IMG/VR virus record: IMGVR_UViG_3300033489_000003 | Coordinates: 32,001-96,000 of that record | Origin: a virus | Direction: 5' to 3' (one strand) | DNA length: 64,000 nt | In this document: in pieces, positions 19,219 to 27,412 of the stretch | How the letters are laid out: each line of letters starts with the position of its first letter | Numbering within the stretch: position 1 is the first letter of the stretch | Position numbers and translations under genes: made by a program | Notes under the pieces: generated by a model | Seen by the model: the letters and a program-made list of their open reading frames with translations, nothing else | What the model was told of the DNA's origin: nothing | The model's database searches: none

Positions 19219-20198
19219 GCATTCACCGTAGCGAGAAACTCTTTGATGCGCGCCGCCCTGGCTTGAACGTGCGACCTGAACATGGTCCCAGTCTTCGCGG
19301 CAAGATCCGTCGTGTCCATGGGGTGTAGCCTATCAGCCGGCGCACTTACGGCAACGCCCTTGGCCATAATGGCGCGGAGTAGCCCATGCCCTGTTCCTCG
19401 CTTTCCGCCGACGCGCGCGTTGGCAAGCATTGCTGCCACCGTAGTGGAGAAAACGTCGACATCGAGATCGTTGTAGAGCGTGGCCTCGACTCCCCAAGAG
19501 AAAAGCGAGCCTGACGCGACGCGTTCGAACGTGCGGGGCAACATCGTACTCTTCGTTGCCTCCCGCGCCGTTGCGATGTCGGTATCGTGCGCGGCTTCGC
19601 TCTGCAAGAGTCGGTTCTCCGCATCGGAAGCGGCGCCAGCAGATAGGAGCTTACGCTTGCCTGGGTCGAGCGTTGGGTCCATGCGCACGCGCTGCTCTAG
19701 TTCCATGTGCGCGCGTGACGTGTCGAACTGACCTACGTGATCAACGATCCACTTTGGCAAAAGGTGCTTTGACTCCGCGCAAACCAGCAACGCGTCCTCC
19801 ACGACGAGTCGCCCAGGGATGACGCGATTGCCTGCGCACCCGCCCAGCAGCGACAGGGACGGCACGAGATCACACATCTCTCGATAGGTGTCGAGTTTGA
19901 TGGTGCTGGCGTCACCACGTCCAGTGATCATTCCGCCAGCAAAGAGAAGGCGGAGAGCGGCCTCCGACAGCGACGGGTCGGCCAGCAGCCCAGCGGCGTC
20001 GAGAAACGCGTACGCGATGGCCTCACGGCAAGCGTGGCGCATCGTGTCCGACGTCACGCACGCCACTTGCGCCCACGCACCATCAGGCATGCGGATCTTG
20101 CGACGGAACGCGACGGCGCTGTTCCCGTGCACTTCAGAGTGGTGCGCTATTGGCGTTGCCGCCTCCAGCAAAAACTCAAACCGTTTGATCTCGTGCAT
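19215..20198 (-). CDS. csf2: Type IV CRISPR Cas7-family backbone
   Basis: TPIAH, DTMRH, LLFAGG, LSLLGG, G-rich loop VGGKRGTGHG. Confidence 0.88.
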   Translation of the reverse strand: MHEIKRFEFLLEAATPIAHHSEVHGNSAVAFRRKIRMPDGAWAQVACVTSDTMRHACREAIAYAFLDAAGLLADPSLSEAALRLLFAGGMITGRGDASTIKLDTYREMCDLVPSLSLLGGCAGNRVIPGRLVVEDALLVCAESKHLLPKWIVDHVGQFDTSRAHMELEQRVRMDPTLDPGKRKLLSAGAASDAENRLLQSEAAHDTDIATAREATKSTMLPRTFERVASGSLFSWGVEATLYNDLDVDVFSTTVAAMLANARVGGKRGTGHGLLRAIMAKGVAVSAPADRLHPMDTTDLAAKTGTMFRSHVQARAARIKEFLATVNA

Positions 20199-20559
20199 CT
20201 CTAGCCTCCTTACGTTCTTCGGCAATCTTTCTAGTCAAAACCAACAGGAACGCGTATTCCCGCTCGATAAGGTCCAGCCACTCACTTGCGCACCCGCGCT
20301 CGTGCACGAGGTGCGTCAGTTGGAGTAATGATGTCGAATAGCGAACACTGGGCGCCGACAGTTGGAGCTGTCTTGCGATCATCGTCGCCCACTCCTCCGG
20401 ACCCGACGACATCCGCGCCGCCGCTCTCATTCTGTCCTGCAACTGCTCCCAATGTTTCAGCACGTTCACGTGCGGCGTCGACAGGTATGCCGCTCGGATC
20501 TCGAGCAGCACGTCTACCGTCGCGCTTCGGAGTTGCTCCTTCACCTTTTCTTCTATCAC
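20176..20559 (-). CDS. cas11: Cas11-like small subunit
   Basis: GTG with RBS GGAGG; helical 127 aa with HWEQL..RMRAA; lies between csf1 and csf2. Confidence 0.7.
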   Translation of the reverse strand: MIEEKVKEQLRSATVDVLLEIRAAYLSTPHVNVLKHWEQLQDRMRAAARMSSGPEEWATMIARQLQLSAPSVRYSTSLLQLTHLVHERGCASEWLDLIEREYAFLLVLTRKIAEERKEARDARDQTV

Positions 20560-21289
20560 GCTGAGCCTCCTTCTTTGCGGCCCGCGCCGCCTTCTCTTCT
20601 TCCATTCGTTTGGCGACCGTTTCTTCATCTCGTTGCGCCAGCCATAGCGCGAGCGCGAACCACGGCGAGCGGCGCTTGTCCGACCAGTTCTCCTCGAAAC
20701 GGCGAATCTCTTCGGCGCACCGTTGGTATGAGCCCTGTCCGTACTCACCGCGCTCCACTTCTTCTTTCGTCGCGCCAGCCGTAAGCAACGTCGTCATTCG
20801 ATCGACAAGCGTCCACCCGGACGCATGATCGATCGGAATCGTTACGAGCGTCTCCTCGAACATGATGGCGCCTCGCCGTGTATTTGGCGGGTTCACTGGC
20901 GTCCAAGGAATCACGTGTTTTTGGCCGCTGTCAGCAATAGCTGCGAACCACGGCCCCTCTTTCGGCGCACGCAGCCACGCGCGCATCTCCGGCTTGTTTC
21001 CCTTGTTGAACTTGAGCACGCATCGATCATCTACGAGCCACGAATACATGCGCATCGTATCCGGCGGTCGGCCGGCCATCACGTGGACGCATGAAGCGCA
21101 AACATGTGCGCTGGACGGCGACCGAACGCGTGACTGACCGACGAACGTACTGCCTAGCCACCGCTCCACCGGAACACCGAACACGCTCGATCCGGCGCAG
21201 ACCCAGCAATGTTCAGCGGCATGCTCTACAGCGTCGGCGACCTTCGCCCCGCCGAGACGGTCGCTCAAAAGTTGAGAGGCCATCATCAC
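20282..21289 (-). CDS. csf1: Type IV large subunit
   Basis: CWVC...F....P.S..VC.SC Zn finger; P..PWFAAIADSGQKHV.P..PVN. Confidence 0.8.
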   Translation of the reverse strand: MMMASQLLSDRLGGAKVADAVEHAAEHCWVCAGSSVFGVPVERWLGSTFVGQSRVRSPSSAHVCASCVHVMAGRPPDTMRMYSWLVDDRCVLKFNKGNKPEMRAWLRAPKEGPWFAAIADSGQKHVIPWTPVNPPNTRRGAIMFEETLVTIPIDHASGWTLVDRMTTLLTAGATKEEVERGEYGQGSYQRCAEEIRRFEENWSDKRRSPWFALALWLAQRDEETVAKRMEEEKAARAAKKEAQRDRRKGEGATPKRDGRRAARDPSGIPVDAARERAETLGAVAGQNESGGADVVGSGGVGDDDRKTAPTVGAQCSLFDIITPTDAPRARARVRK

Positions 21290-22230
21290 AGCATCATGTC
21301 CGTTATTATGACACGACCGCACCCGAATGCCGTTCTGCCTCCGAATCCAATCCTAGCCGCCGCCTCGAGCAGCCACCGCGAAACCGCGTTCACCTCAAGC
21401 ACGAGCGATCCGCTCCACCCACGCACGGGCCCATACTTACCACCGAATGGTATCGTTTCCGGATGCGTGTCCTGTGACACGATCTCAACGCAGATCCTCT
21501 TGGCGACATAGCGCGCCCACTCCTCTGACGGGGCGAGTCGTCGAACGAACTCAACACCGATCGCGCTTGCTATGTTGACGGCGCCAGGTCGAACGCATTC
21601 CGACGCACCACCGCCCGAGCGAATGACGATCGGAGTGATGGCGTCGAGCCGAACCAGCTGCCGCCCGCGCCTTTGGATCGCAGGTGATCGAAAGCGCCAC
21701 GCCGGTCCAAACGTTAGCGTAGTCGGCCGGTCGAACAACGGAACGTGTACCGACTTTCCTGCTAGCTTCATTCCTTCCTGTCTGAACCAGTGTACTCCCC
21801 ATCCGGATCCATGCGGGACGAGAGAGAAGTTTGGAATACGCGGCACGTGGCCGGCGCCGAGTACAGCCGTAAGCGCGCCATGAAGAGCGGGCGAGTTTCT
21901 TAGTTCGATGGGCCAACGCGGCAACGGTGAATAGTGCACCGTCATGGCGCATCCCGGAAGGTGGACATGGTATGGAGGAGCGCCGGCAAGCCAATGGTTT
22001 TGGCGCGTGCAGTTTCTGTTCCTCCTCGCCCACGCTTCGCACCGAAGCCTTACGGCAAGCGTTTCGCCAATCGGTCGGCGTCGCTCTCTAGTCTGTTCGC
22101 GAGCGCTGTCTAGCGTGCGTTTGCGTTTGCTCCTACAGGCTTCAGAGCACGTCGCCGCGTTCGCGCACAGTTTCCGGAACGTTGACCCGCATTGAACGCA
22201 CCAAGCTTGCCTTATTGAGGACAACGGCAT
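21286..22230 (-). CDS. cas6: Cas6-family RAMP endoribonuclease with N-terminal Zn finger
   Basis: C-terminal G-loop IGFGGRTAFGCGRV; ITPIVIR; N-terminal CVQC...CSEAC. Confidence 0.75.
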   Translation of the reverse strand: MPLSSIRQAWCVQCGSTFRKLCANAATCSEACRSKRKRTLDSAREQTRERRRPIGETLAVRLRCEAWARRNRNCTRQNHWLAGAPPYHVHLPGCAMTVHYSPLPRWPIELRNSPALHGALTAVLGAGHVPRIPNFSLVPHGSGWGVHWFRQEGMKLAGKSVHVPLFDRPTTLTFGPAWRFRSPAIQRRGRQLVRLDAITPIVIRSGGGASECVRPGAVNIASAIGVEFVRRLAPSEEWARYVAKRICVEIVSQDTHPETIPFGGKYGPVRGWSGSLVLEVNAVSRWLLEAAARIGFGGRTAFGCGRVIITDMML

Positions 22231-22232
22231 TG

Positions 22233-22544
22233 CTACTCTCTCCTCCTGTAACGCTCAACACATCTAACGCAGCTCGGCACGTTGGCGCTCGTCACCGTGT
22301 GCGCCGGCTTGCTGCAAAAATAGCATTCGAAGATTCCACGCTGCTTACGTGTGCCGTCGAGTTGTTCGCCAGTCTCCGGCTTGCGCCGCGGCGTCGCAGC
22401 TTGCTGCGTGATTGACACCGGTTCGTTGGCGTTATCCCAAACGAGCATGCCCACCGGAAACATCACCCCGACCTCCCGCATGTCGGACACCGCGCGATCA
22501 ATCCCATCAGCCGCGCGTGCGTTTTGCACGGAACGCGCGGTTGC
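22233..22544 (-). pseudogene. 3' part of a gene apparently split by the TnpB element
   Basis: Frame is open exactly from the element right-end junction (ATARSVQNARA...); C-terminal CxxC..CxxC. Confidence 0.45.
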
Positions 22545-23751
22545 GTGACAACTCCTTCACGAAGCATTGTCTGCCTCGCTACGGCTTCTCGGTTCAACGA
22601 GGCGCTTACAGCTCGCCCCTCCCCGATCGCGGTGCCCCCGCGATTGTACGTTCTTGGCAGCGTTGACGTCGCGGTCCAGTACGAGTCCGCAATGCGGACA
22701 GTCGTGGACGCGAACGCTTAGGCTCTTGCGAACCGTAGCGCCGCAACCGCTGCATTCTTGTGATGTGCCGCGTGGTTCCACCTTGATGAACTCGCGTCCG
22801 GCGCTTTCAGCCTTGTACGCGAGAATCCTGATGAATTGTGCCCATCCGGCGTCGTGAACTTGTTTGGCTAGGCGCATCTGCGCCAAACCTTTGATGCTGA
22901 GATTTTCGACGGCGACCGAATCGAAACGGGCGACGATGCCGCGCGCCGCCTTGTGGTGGAAGTCGAGCCGAGCTCGCCTGACGCGGTCGTGTTGCTTCGC
23001 TAGCAACACAACCGCTTTGCGACGCCGACGCGAACCGCGTTTGCGGCGAGTGACCTTACGGTCAGCCGTTTTGAGCAATTGTAACGCGGACTCGTAGCGC
23101 CTTGGATTCTCAACAGTCTCGCCGGTGCTCAGAGCGGCGAAAGTGGTGACGCCAACGTCGATGCCAACGCTGGCGCCTGTTGCCGTTAGATGTTCGACGC
23201 GGACGTTGTCGCACACGAAAGTCACATACCAGTGGCCGTCTCCGGCGAGCGTGACGCGGACTTGCTTGACCGTGCCTACGATCGGGCGATGCAGCTTAAC
23301 CTTGACCTTGCCGATGCAAGACAGTTCCACCTTGGTTCCGCCAGCAACAAGGCGAGCGCCGTTGCGATTTATCGCGTCACGGAACGTGAAAGTGCGGTAG
23401 CGCCCACGCCCCTTGAACCGTGGAAACCCAGGAGTCTCGCCGGCCTTGCAGCGACGGAAGAACGCACGGTAGGCGCGGTCGAGACGCGTGATAGCGTCCT
23501 GGAGCAGGTGGACGTGAATGCCAGTGTACTCTGGCCGTACAACGCGAACTTCCTTCAGCTCAAGCTGCTGTTGGTACTCGGAAATGGATCGCCCCTGCTT
23601 CTTGTAAGCGTCTCTTCGCTCCTGTAGAGCAGCGTTGTATAGTTCACACAGTAGGCGCATCGTTTCTCGCAAGCGCGCCTCTTGGGCCCGCGTAGGATAG
23701 ATACGATAGCGATAGGCGCGGATCACAGCGCCATCCTTGACTCTACTCATT
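22545..23751 (-). mobile_element. IS200/IS605-family (IS1341-like) tnpB-only element
   Basis: Right end ...GAAGCC...hairpin CGAGGCA-GACAA-TGCTTCG...GGAGTTGTCAC; no tnpA; left boundary inferred. Confidence 0.65.
22557..23750 (-). CDS. tnpB: RNA-guided endonuclease TnpB
   Basis: AYRYRIYPT; RuvC GIDVG / VAVENL / DRDVNAA (D-E-D intact); TSQECSGC..CPHC. Confidence 0.95.
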   Translation of the reverse strand: MSRVKDGAVIRAYRYRIYPTRAQEARLRETMRLLCELYNAALQERRDAYKKQGRSISEYQQQLELKEVRVVRPEYTGIHVHLLQDAITRLDRAYRAFFRRCKAGETPGFPRFKGRGRYRTFTFRDAINRNGARLVAGGTKVELSCIGKVKVKLHRPIVGTVKQVRVTLAGDGHWYVTFVCDNVRVEHLTATGASVGIDVGVTTFAALSTGETVENPRRYESALQLLKTADRKVTRRKRGSRRRRKAVVLLAKQHDRVRRARLDFHHKAARGIVARFDSVAVENLSIKGLAQMRLAKQVHDAGWAQFIRILAYKAESAGREFIKVEPRGTSQECSGCGATVRKSLSVRVHDCPHCGLVLDRDVNAAKNVQSRGHRDRGGASCKRLVEPRSRSEADNAS

Positions 23752-23862
23752 TAGCCACCGCCGCACCTTCTCGCCCGGCACGTCGGACTTGCAGCGGTCG
23801 GCTTCGCGGCCTAGGCGCAGCCAGTAGCGTGGTCCGAAGTGGGAGGCGAAGGCGGCGGTCAT
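23743..23862 (-). pseudogene. 5' part of the gene interrupted by the TnpB element
   Basis: ATGA-coupled ORF MTAAFASH...VRRWL that stops 9 nt into the putative left end. Confidence 0.4.
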
Positions 23863-24031
23863 AGGAAACAATCACACGGTGTGGATGCGCCGCACTCCGG
23901 ACAGGCATCTACCTCACAGCATGCGCGTAGAACTTTTTTGCGTCGCGCCTGTCGCCGCTCGAACCATTGGTTGGCCAGCGTGCCGACAAGGCCGACGGCG
24001 GACATTGCGACGGTCACGAACAGCACTGCGG

Positions 24032-24547
24032 TCATGCTGGTCTGCCGCGGTAGAGCGACACCGGTGAGTCGTACCCGGGACGAGAAGGGTGCAGAGGCGA
24101 GCCCGCTCGCGTCACTCCGATGCACATCGGTTTCTTTCCTGTCGCCGCGAGAACCTTCATCACTGCGATGTCGCGATCGCGGTAAAGACCGATGTCTCCC
24201 CAGCCGACGAAGACGTCCATGCAACGCTCGGCCATCGCCAAGATGTGAGCATCATTGTCAGGCCCGATCGGGTCGTCAGCCGCATACATGCCTGCCGGAT
24301 CGGTCGAGATGAACGCGAACAGATTGGCGAGTGACAGCGCGCCGTAGCCCCAGCGCTTCGCGAAACCTATGAGCTTGCGGCAAGTCGCGTCGTTCACGTC
24401 CGCCGTGGCGATCGACGGGTTCGCGCAGATGGCCAGCAGCCGCGGACCTGCCGCCCATCGTTCGCGGTGGAGTTCGTACCGATAGCGACCGCATGGCGAT
24501 AAGACGGCGCTGCCGCGCTCGAGACCGGGTAGGACGGCGGTGGTCAC
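24032..24547 (-). CDS. DUF1643 family protein
   Basis: SPCGRYRYEL.R.W...NPS.A....DAT...NLFA..ST.P...GP.ND...P.HPS. Confidence 0.85.
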   Translation of the reverse strand: MTTAVLPGLERGSAVLSPCGRYRYELHRERWAAGPRLLAICANPSIATADVNDATCRKLIGFAKRWGYGALSLANLFAFISTDPAGMYAADDPIGPDNDAHILAMAERCMDVFVGWGDIGLYRDRDIAVMKVLAATGKKPMCIGVTRAGSPLHPSRPGYDSPVSLYRGRPA

Positions 24548-24854
24548 AGCGCGTTTCCGGTCCTTCGCTCAGCTTCGACGCAGCAGTCGAAAAAAAGATC
24601 AACGTCACGCACTCCGCATTTCTTTAGCTCGCGCGCAGCGGCGGCAAAACAGACGCGATGCGCCTTATGTACATCACCGCCCTTCTCAAAGCCCAAGGCG
24701 CCAACCATGCACGCCAACTCGGCGGTAATGCGGGCCGATCGGTAAACGTCCAGTGCGCGCTGGAATAGTTTGTCTTTCAACATCACCGCTGCTTCTTTTG
24801 TAGTGGCCGGGGGCAACCGGACGCGTCGCAGACTCTTTGGACTAAATTTCTTGA

Positions 24855-25370
24855 TCATTCGCTCGCGCTTCCTTTCGCGCCTTCGGCTATCCACGTCGTG
24901 ATGAGCCTCATTTCTTCCTCCTGCCAATAGGGTGAACCCTTGGGCATCCGGTTGGATCCGAATTGTCCGCGAAGCGCTTGCACGATCGCCGACTCGTCGG
25001 GCTTGCCAGGAACGATGATGCGAGTACCGGTAGAGCCGCCGCCTTGGCGGAGCTCGCCCAGCGTGGTCACGTCAAAGCCAGACAGCGCCGTTCCTGTCGA
25101 ATTGGTCACTCCGCGAAGGTGACACGGCGCGCAGCCGCGTCCGACTCCCATGGCGGTCGCCTGGTCCTTTGTTCGCATGATGATGGGCCGGATATCCAGC
25201 GCGAAGCTCACGGTCCCCGGTGGCTCATCGTCGTCGCCATCCACGGCGTCCTCCGCCGCGCCAGCGTCACCAACGTCAACCGGCTCAACGTAGAGCCGGC
25301 CCACGTTGGGGTCGAGTTCGGAGCAGCCCACCATCACGATCGCGATCACTGCGATTCTTGAGCTTTTCAT
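24855..25370 (-). CDS. Lipoprotein with a c-type cytochrome domain
   Basis: Lipobox MVGC; CAPCH haem motif; GG..G..IVPGKPDES...MP...WI.EGA. Confidence 0.8.
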   Translation of the reverse strand: MKSSRIAVIAIVMVGCSELDPNVGRLYVEPVDVGDAGAAEDAVDGDDDEPPGTVSFALDIRPIIMRTKDQATAMGVGRGCAPCHLRGVTNSTGTALSGFDVTTLGELRQGGGSTGTRIIVPGKPDESAIVQALRGQFGSNRMPKGSPYWQEEEMRLITTWIAEGAKGSASE

Positions 25371-25897
25371 GGCGTCACCGTTTCACATCCCGCCGGCCGC
25401 GTCGACGGGCATCCGTAGCCATTGCGGCACGCCTCCGCGATGTCCTCGCTCGTCAGGCAGTTGAGCGACGCGTCGCTGCCCTTTGGCGCCATGATGGCGC
25501 GCTCGTCACTCACGTGCTCAAGCCCCATCGCGTGACCGAGCTCGTGCGCGAACACGATTCGAAGCGGGTCGCCGTGGAGCTTGTCCATCAGAATCACGAT
25601 CTTCGTCGGCTCGAGCGGGCTGTGTACGCGTGCCGCCACGCCCGTCGTGTGGTCTCGGAAGTAACGGTCGATGTTGCTGGCGCCGCGCGAGTTGCTTCGG
25701 ATGATCATGTTTCGGTCGCTGGCAACGTCGGAGAACCCGATGCCGAAGATGAGATCGCGGTGCAGCCCGGTCGGCGCCCACAGAGCAGCGCCGACGCGGA
25801 TCTGCTCTGCTTCTTCTGGCGTGAATCGTTGATCAACATAATACAACTCTCCAAAACACGCCGTGCATAGCACCGACAGCAACGCCGCGCTCGACAT
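25367..25897 (-). CDS. Matrixin-family (M10-like) metalloprotease lipoprotein
   Basis: HELGHAMGLEH and Met-turn AIMAP; N-terminal lipobox-like Cys. Confidence 0.85.
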   Translation of the reverse strand: MSSAALLSVLCTACFGELYYVDQRFTPEEAEQIRVGAALWAPTGLHRDLIFGIGFSDVASDRNMIIRSNSRGASNIDRYFRDHTTGVAARVHSPLEPTKIVILMDKLHGDPLRIVFAHELGHAMGLEHVSDERAIMAPKGSDASLNCLTSEDIAEACRNGYGCPSTRPAGCETVTP

Positions 25898-25911
25898 GCG
25901 CGTCGCGCTGC

Positions 25912-26763
25912 TTACGGGAACTGCGCGCACGACATCTCTGCGTACGGGATTGTGTCGTTGTCGTTGTACGCCGTGACCGATAGCCACCAGCTTCCTTGCG
26001 CGGCGTAAATCTGCACCAAGGCATCGTCCAGGTTGCCCTGGAGCAGCGTAAGACCGCAAAACGTACGGGCCGTGCTAGGGCCTCTCGTCGTTTGACCAGG
26101 TCCAGCAGAAAAGACGCGCCAAATGTTGAACGGGCGGTTCGGGTGCAAACACTTGACCCATGCGGCGAGCGCTGGCGTACCGAACGCGCGCAGCTTCCAC
26201 ATGTTCACGACAGGATCGATGGATACGTACTCAAGCGTGGTTTCATCGTCCCCGCCGGCCGACATGCCACTTACGCCGGTTATCCAGCAGAAATTGTCAG
26301 GGTACGAAAACAGGTCGATCTGCTGATCTACATGACCCGAGCCGGCACCCTGCGGCCAATAGAGCTGGAAAGGATTCGTGTCTGACGAGCCGAATGCTCC
26401 AGCGGGTAGCGAGTAATTGGAGAACGACTCGCAACGTGCGCCAGCCCGTGCGAATTCACCTCCGCCATATCCGCCCTGCGGGGAAGCGACGAAGTTGCCC
26501 GGCAACACAAGCCACGTCGCACCGCTCTTCGCTACACCGTTCGGCCAATTCGCCGACCCTGCATGCGCAAGCGATGCCTGAAAATATGTCGGCCGACAGA
26601 ATCTCAGAGGAGCGGCCGGAATCGACCCGTAGCCATTCGTGGTCGCGTAGTCGATCGTCAACCCTTGCGCCTGCTCATCTGGCGCTTGGTTTAGCGTCGC
26701 CTCAGGCGCGTTACCGCACGCGGCGAGCAGGGTGACCATCAACAACATCAGACTTCGTTTCAT
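25912..26763 (-). CDS. Cys-rich secreted lipoprotein (paralogue of 14716-15516)
   Basis: Lipobox LAAC; FC..T..QGNLDD motif. Confidence 0.7.
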   Translation of the reverse strand: MKRSLMLLMVTLLAACGNAPEATLNQAPDEQAQGLTIDYATTNGYGSIPAAPLRFCRPTYFQASLAHAGSANWPNGVAKSGATWLVLPGNFVASPQGGYGGGEFARAGARCESFSNYSLPAGAFGSSDTNPFQLYWPQGAGSGHVDQQIDLFSYPDNFCWITGVSGMSAGGDDETTLEYVSIDPVVNMWKLRAFGTPALAAWVKCLHPNRPFNIWRVFSAGPGQTTRGPSTARTFCGLTLLQGNLDDALVQIYAAQGSWWLSVTAYNDNDTIPYAEMSCAQFP

Positions 26764-27127
26764 GATTGGTTTGCTTCCTTCTCCCCGCCCTTAGAACTTC
26801 CACCGAGCGCAGCCAGACAGTGCTCACATGTCGGCCGCATCTTGGCGCTGCCCCACCGAAGCGTGACGTACATGCCGCACGCGGTCGGATCGCACGTCGC
26901 GTCCGCCGACGGCTTGCGGCCGTCCTTCGTCGCGCACCAGCGGTCGCGAGACTGCACGCACCAGACGTCATCCGCATTCATCGCCGCGACGATGCGCTTC
27001 GCGAGCCGCAACATCTTCGGCGTGTCGCCCCACATCTTCGCCACCGGCTCATCGTTGAGGCGGATCGAGATGCTTCCGTAGCGGCCACCTGGCAGATGGT
27101 GGTTGACGGTCCATTGCTTGGGCTTGC

Positions 27128-27412
27128 TCATCGTGCGCCTCCGTCTCGGAGTTCGAAGACGCACCCGCAGCCGTCGTAGACGCGATAGATGGCAGACGAT
27201 GCGCCGCGCTCTCGGCAGCGAGAGACGCAGCCGGCCATGGCGCCGTCTTGGTAACTAGGGCCGGGGTTGCAGCCGGCGAGGAGTAGCGAGGCGCCGCTAG
27301 CCAACACGAATTGGCTTGTTTTGCGCCATTTCACCAGTGCAAAGGCGCGTAGTATCTCACTTATTCTTTGGCACGCAGACTCCAAGGGTGTGCTTTCCCG
27401 CGCAAGCTTCAT
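27128..27412 (-). CDS. Small Cys-rich lipoprotein-like protein
   Basis: LLLAGC followed by Cys-rich tail. Confidence 0.45.
   Translation of the reverse strand: MKLARESTPLESACQRISEILRAFALVKWRKTSQFVLASGASLLLAGCNPGPSYQDGAMAGCVSRCRERGASSAIYRVYDGCGCVFELRDGGAR

Noticed and set aside
22567-22578. 12-nt match (TGTCTGCCTCGC) between the TnpB right end and the hairpin at 16151
   Set aside because: Lies in the scaffold rather than the guide, folds differently, and is short enough to be chance
22545-23862. IStron (group I intron plus tnpB)
   Set aside because: No room for an intron core between the upstream gene fragment and tnpB
15750-24030. CRISPR array or mini-array next to the csf operon
   Set aside because: No repeat-spacer periodicity found by eye on either strand; a degenerate single repeat cannot be excluded
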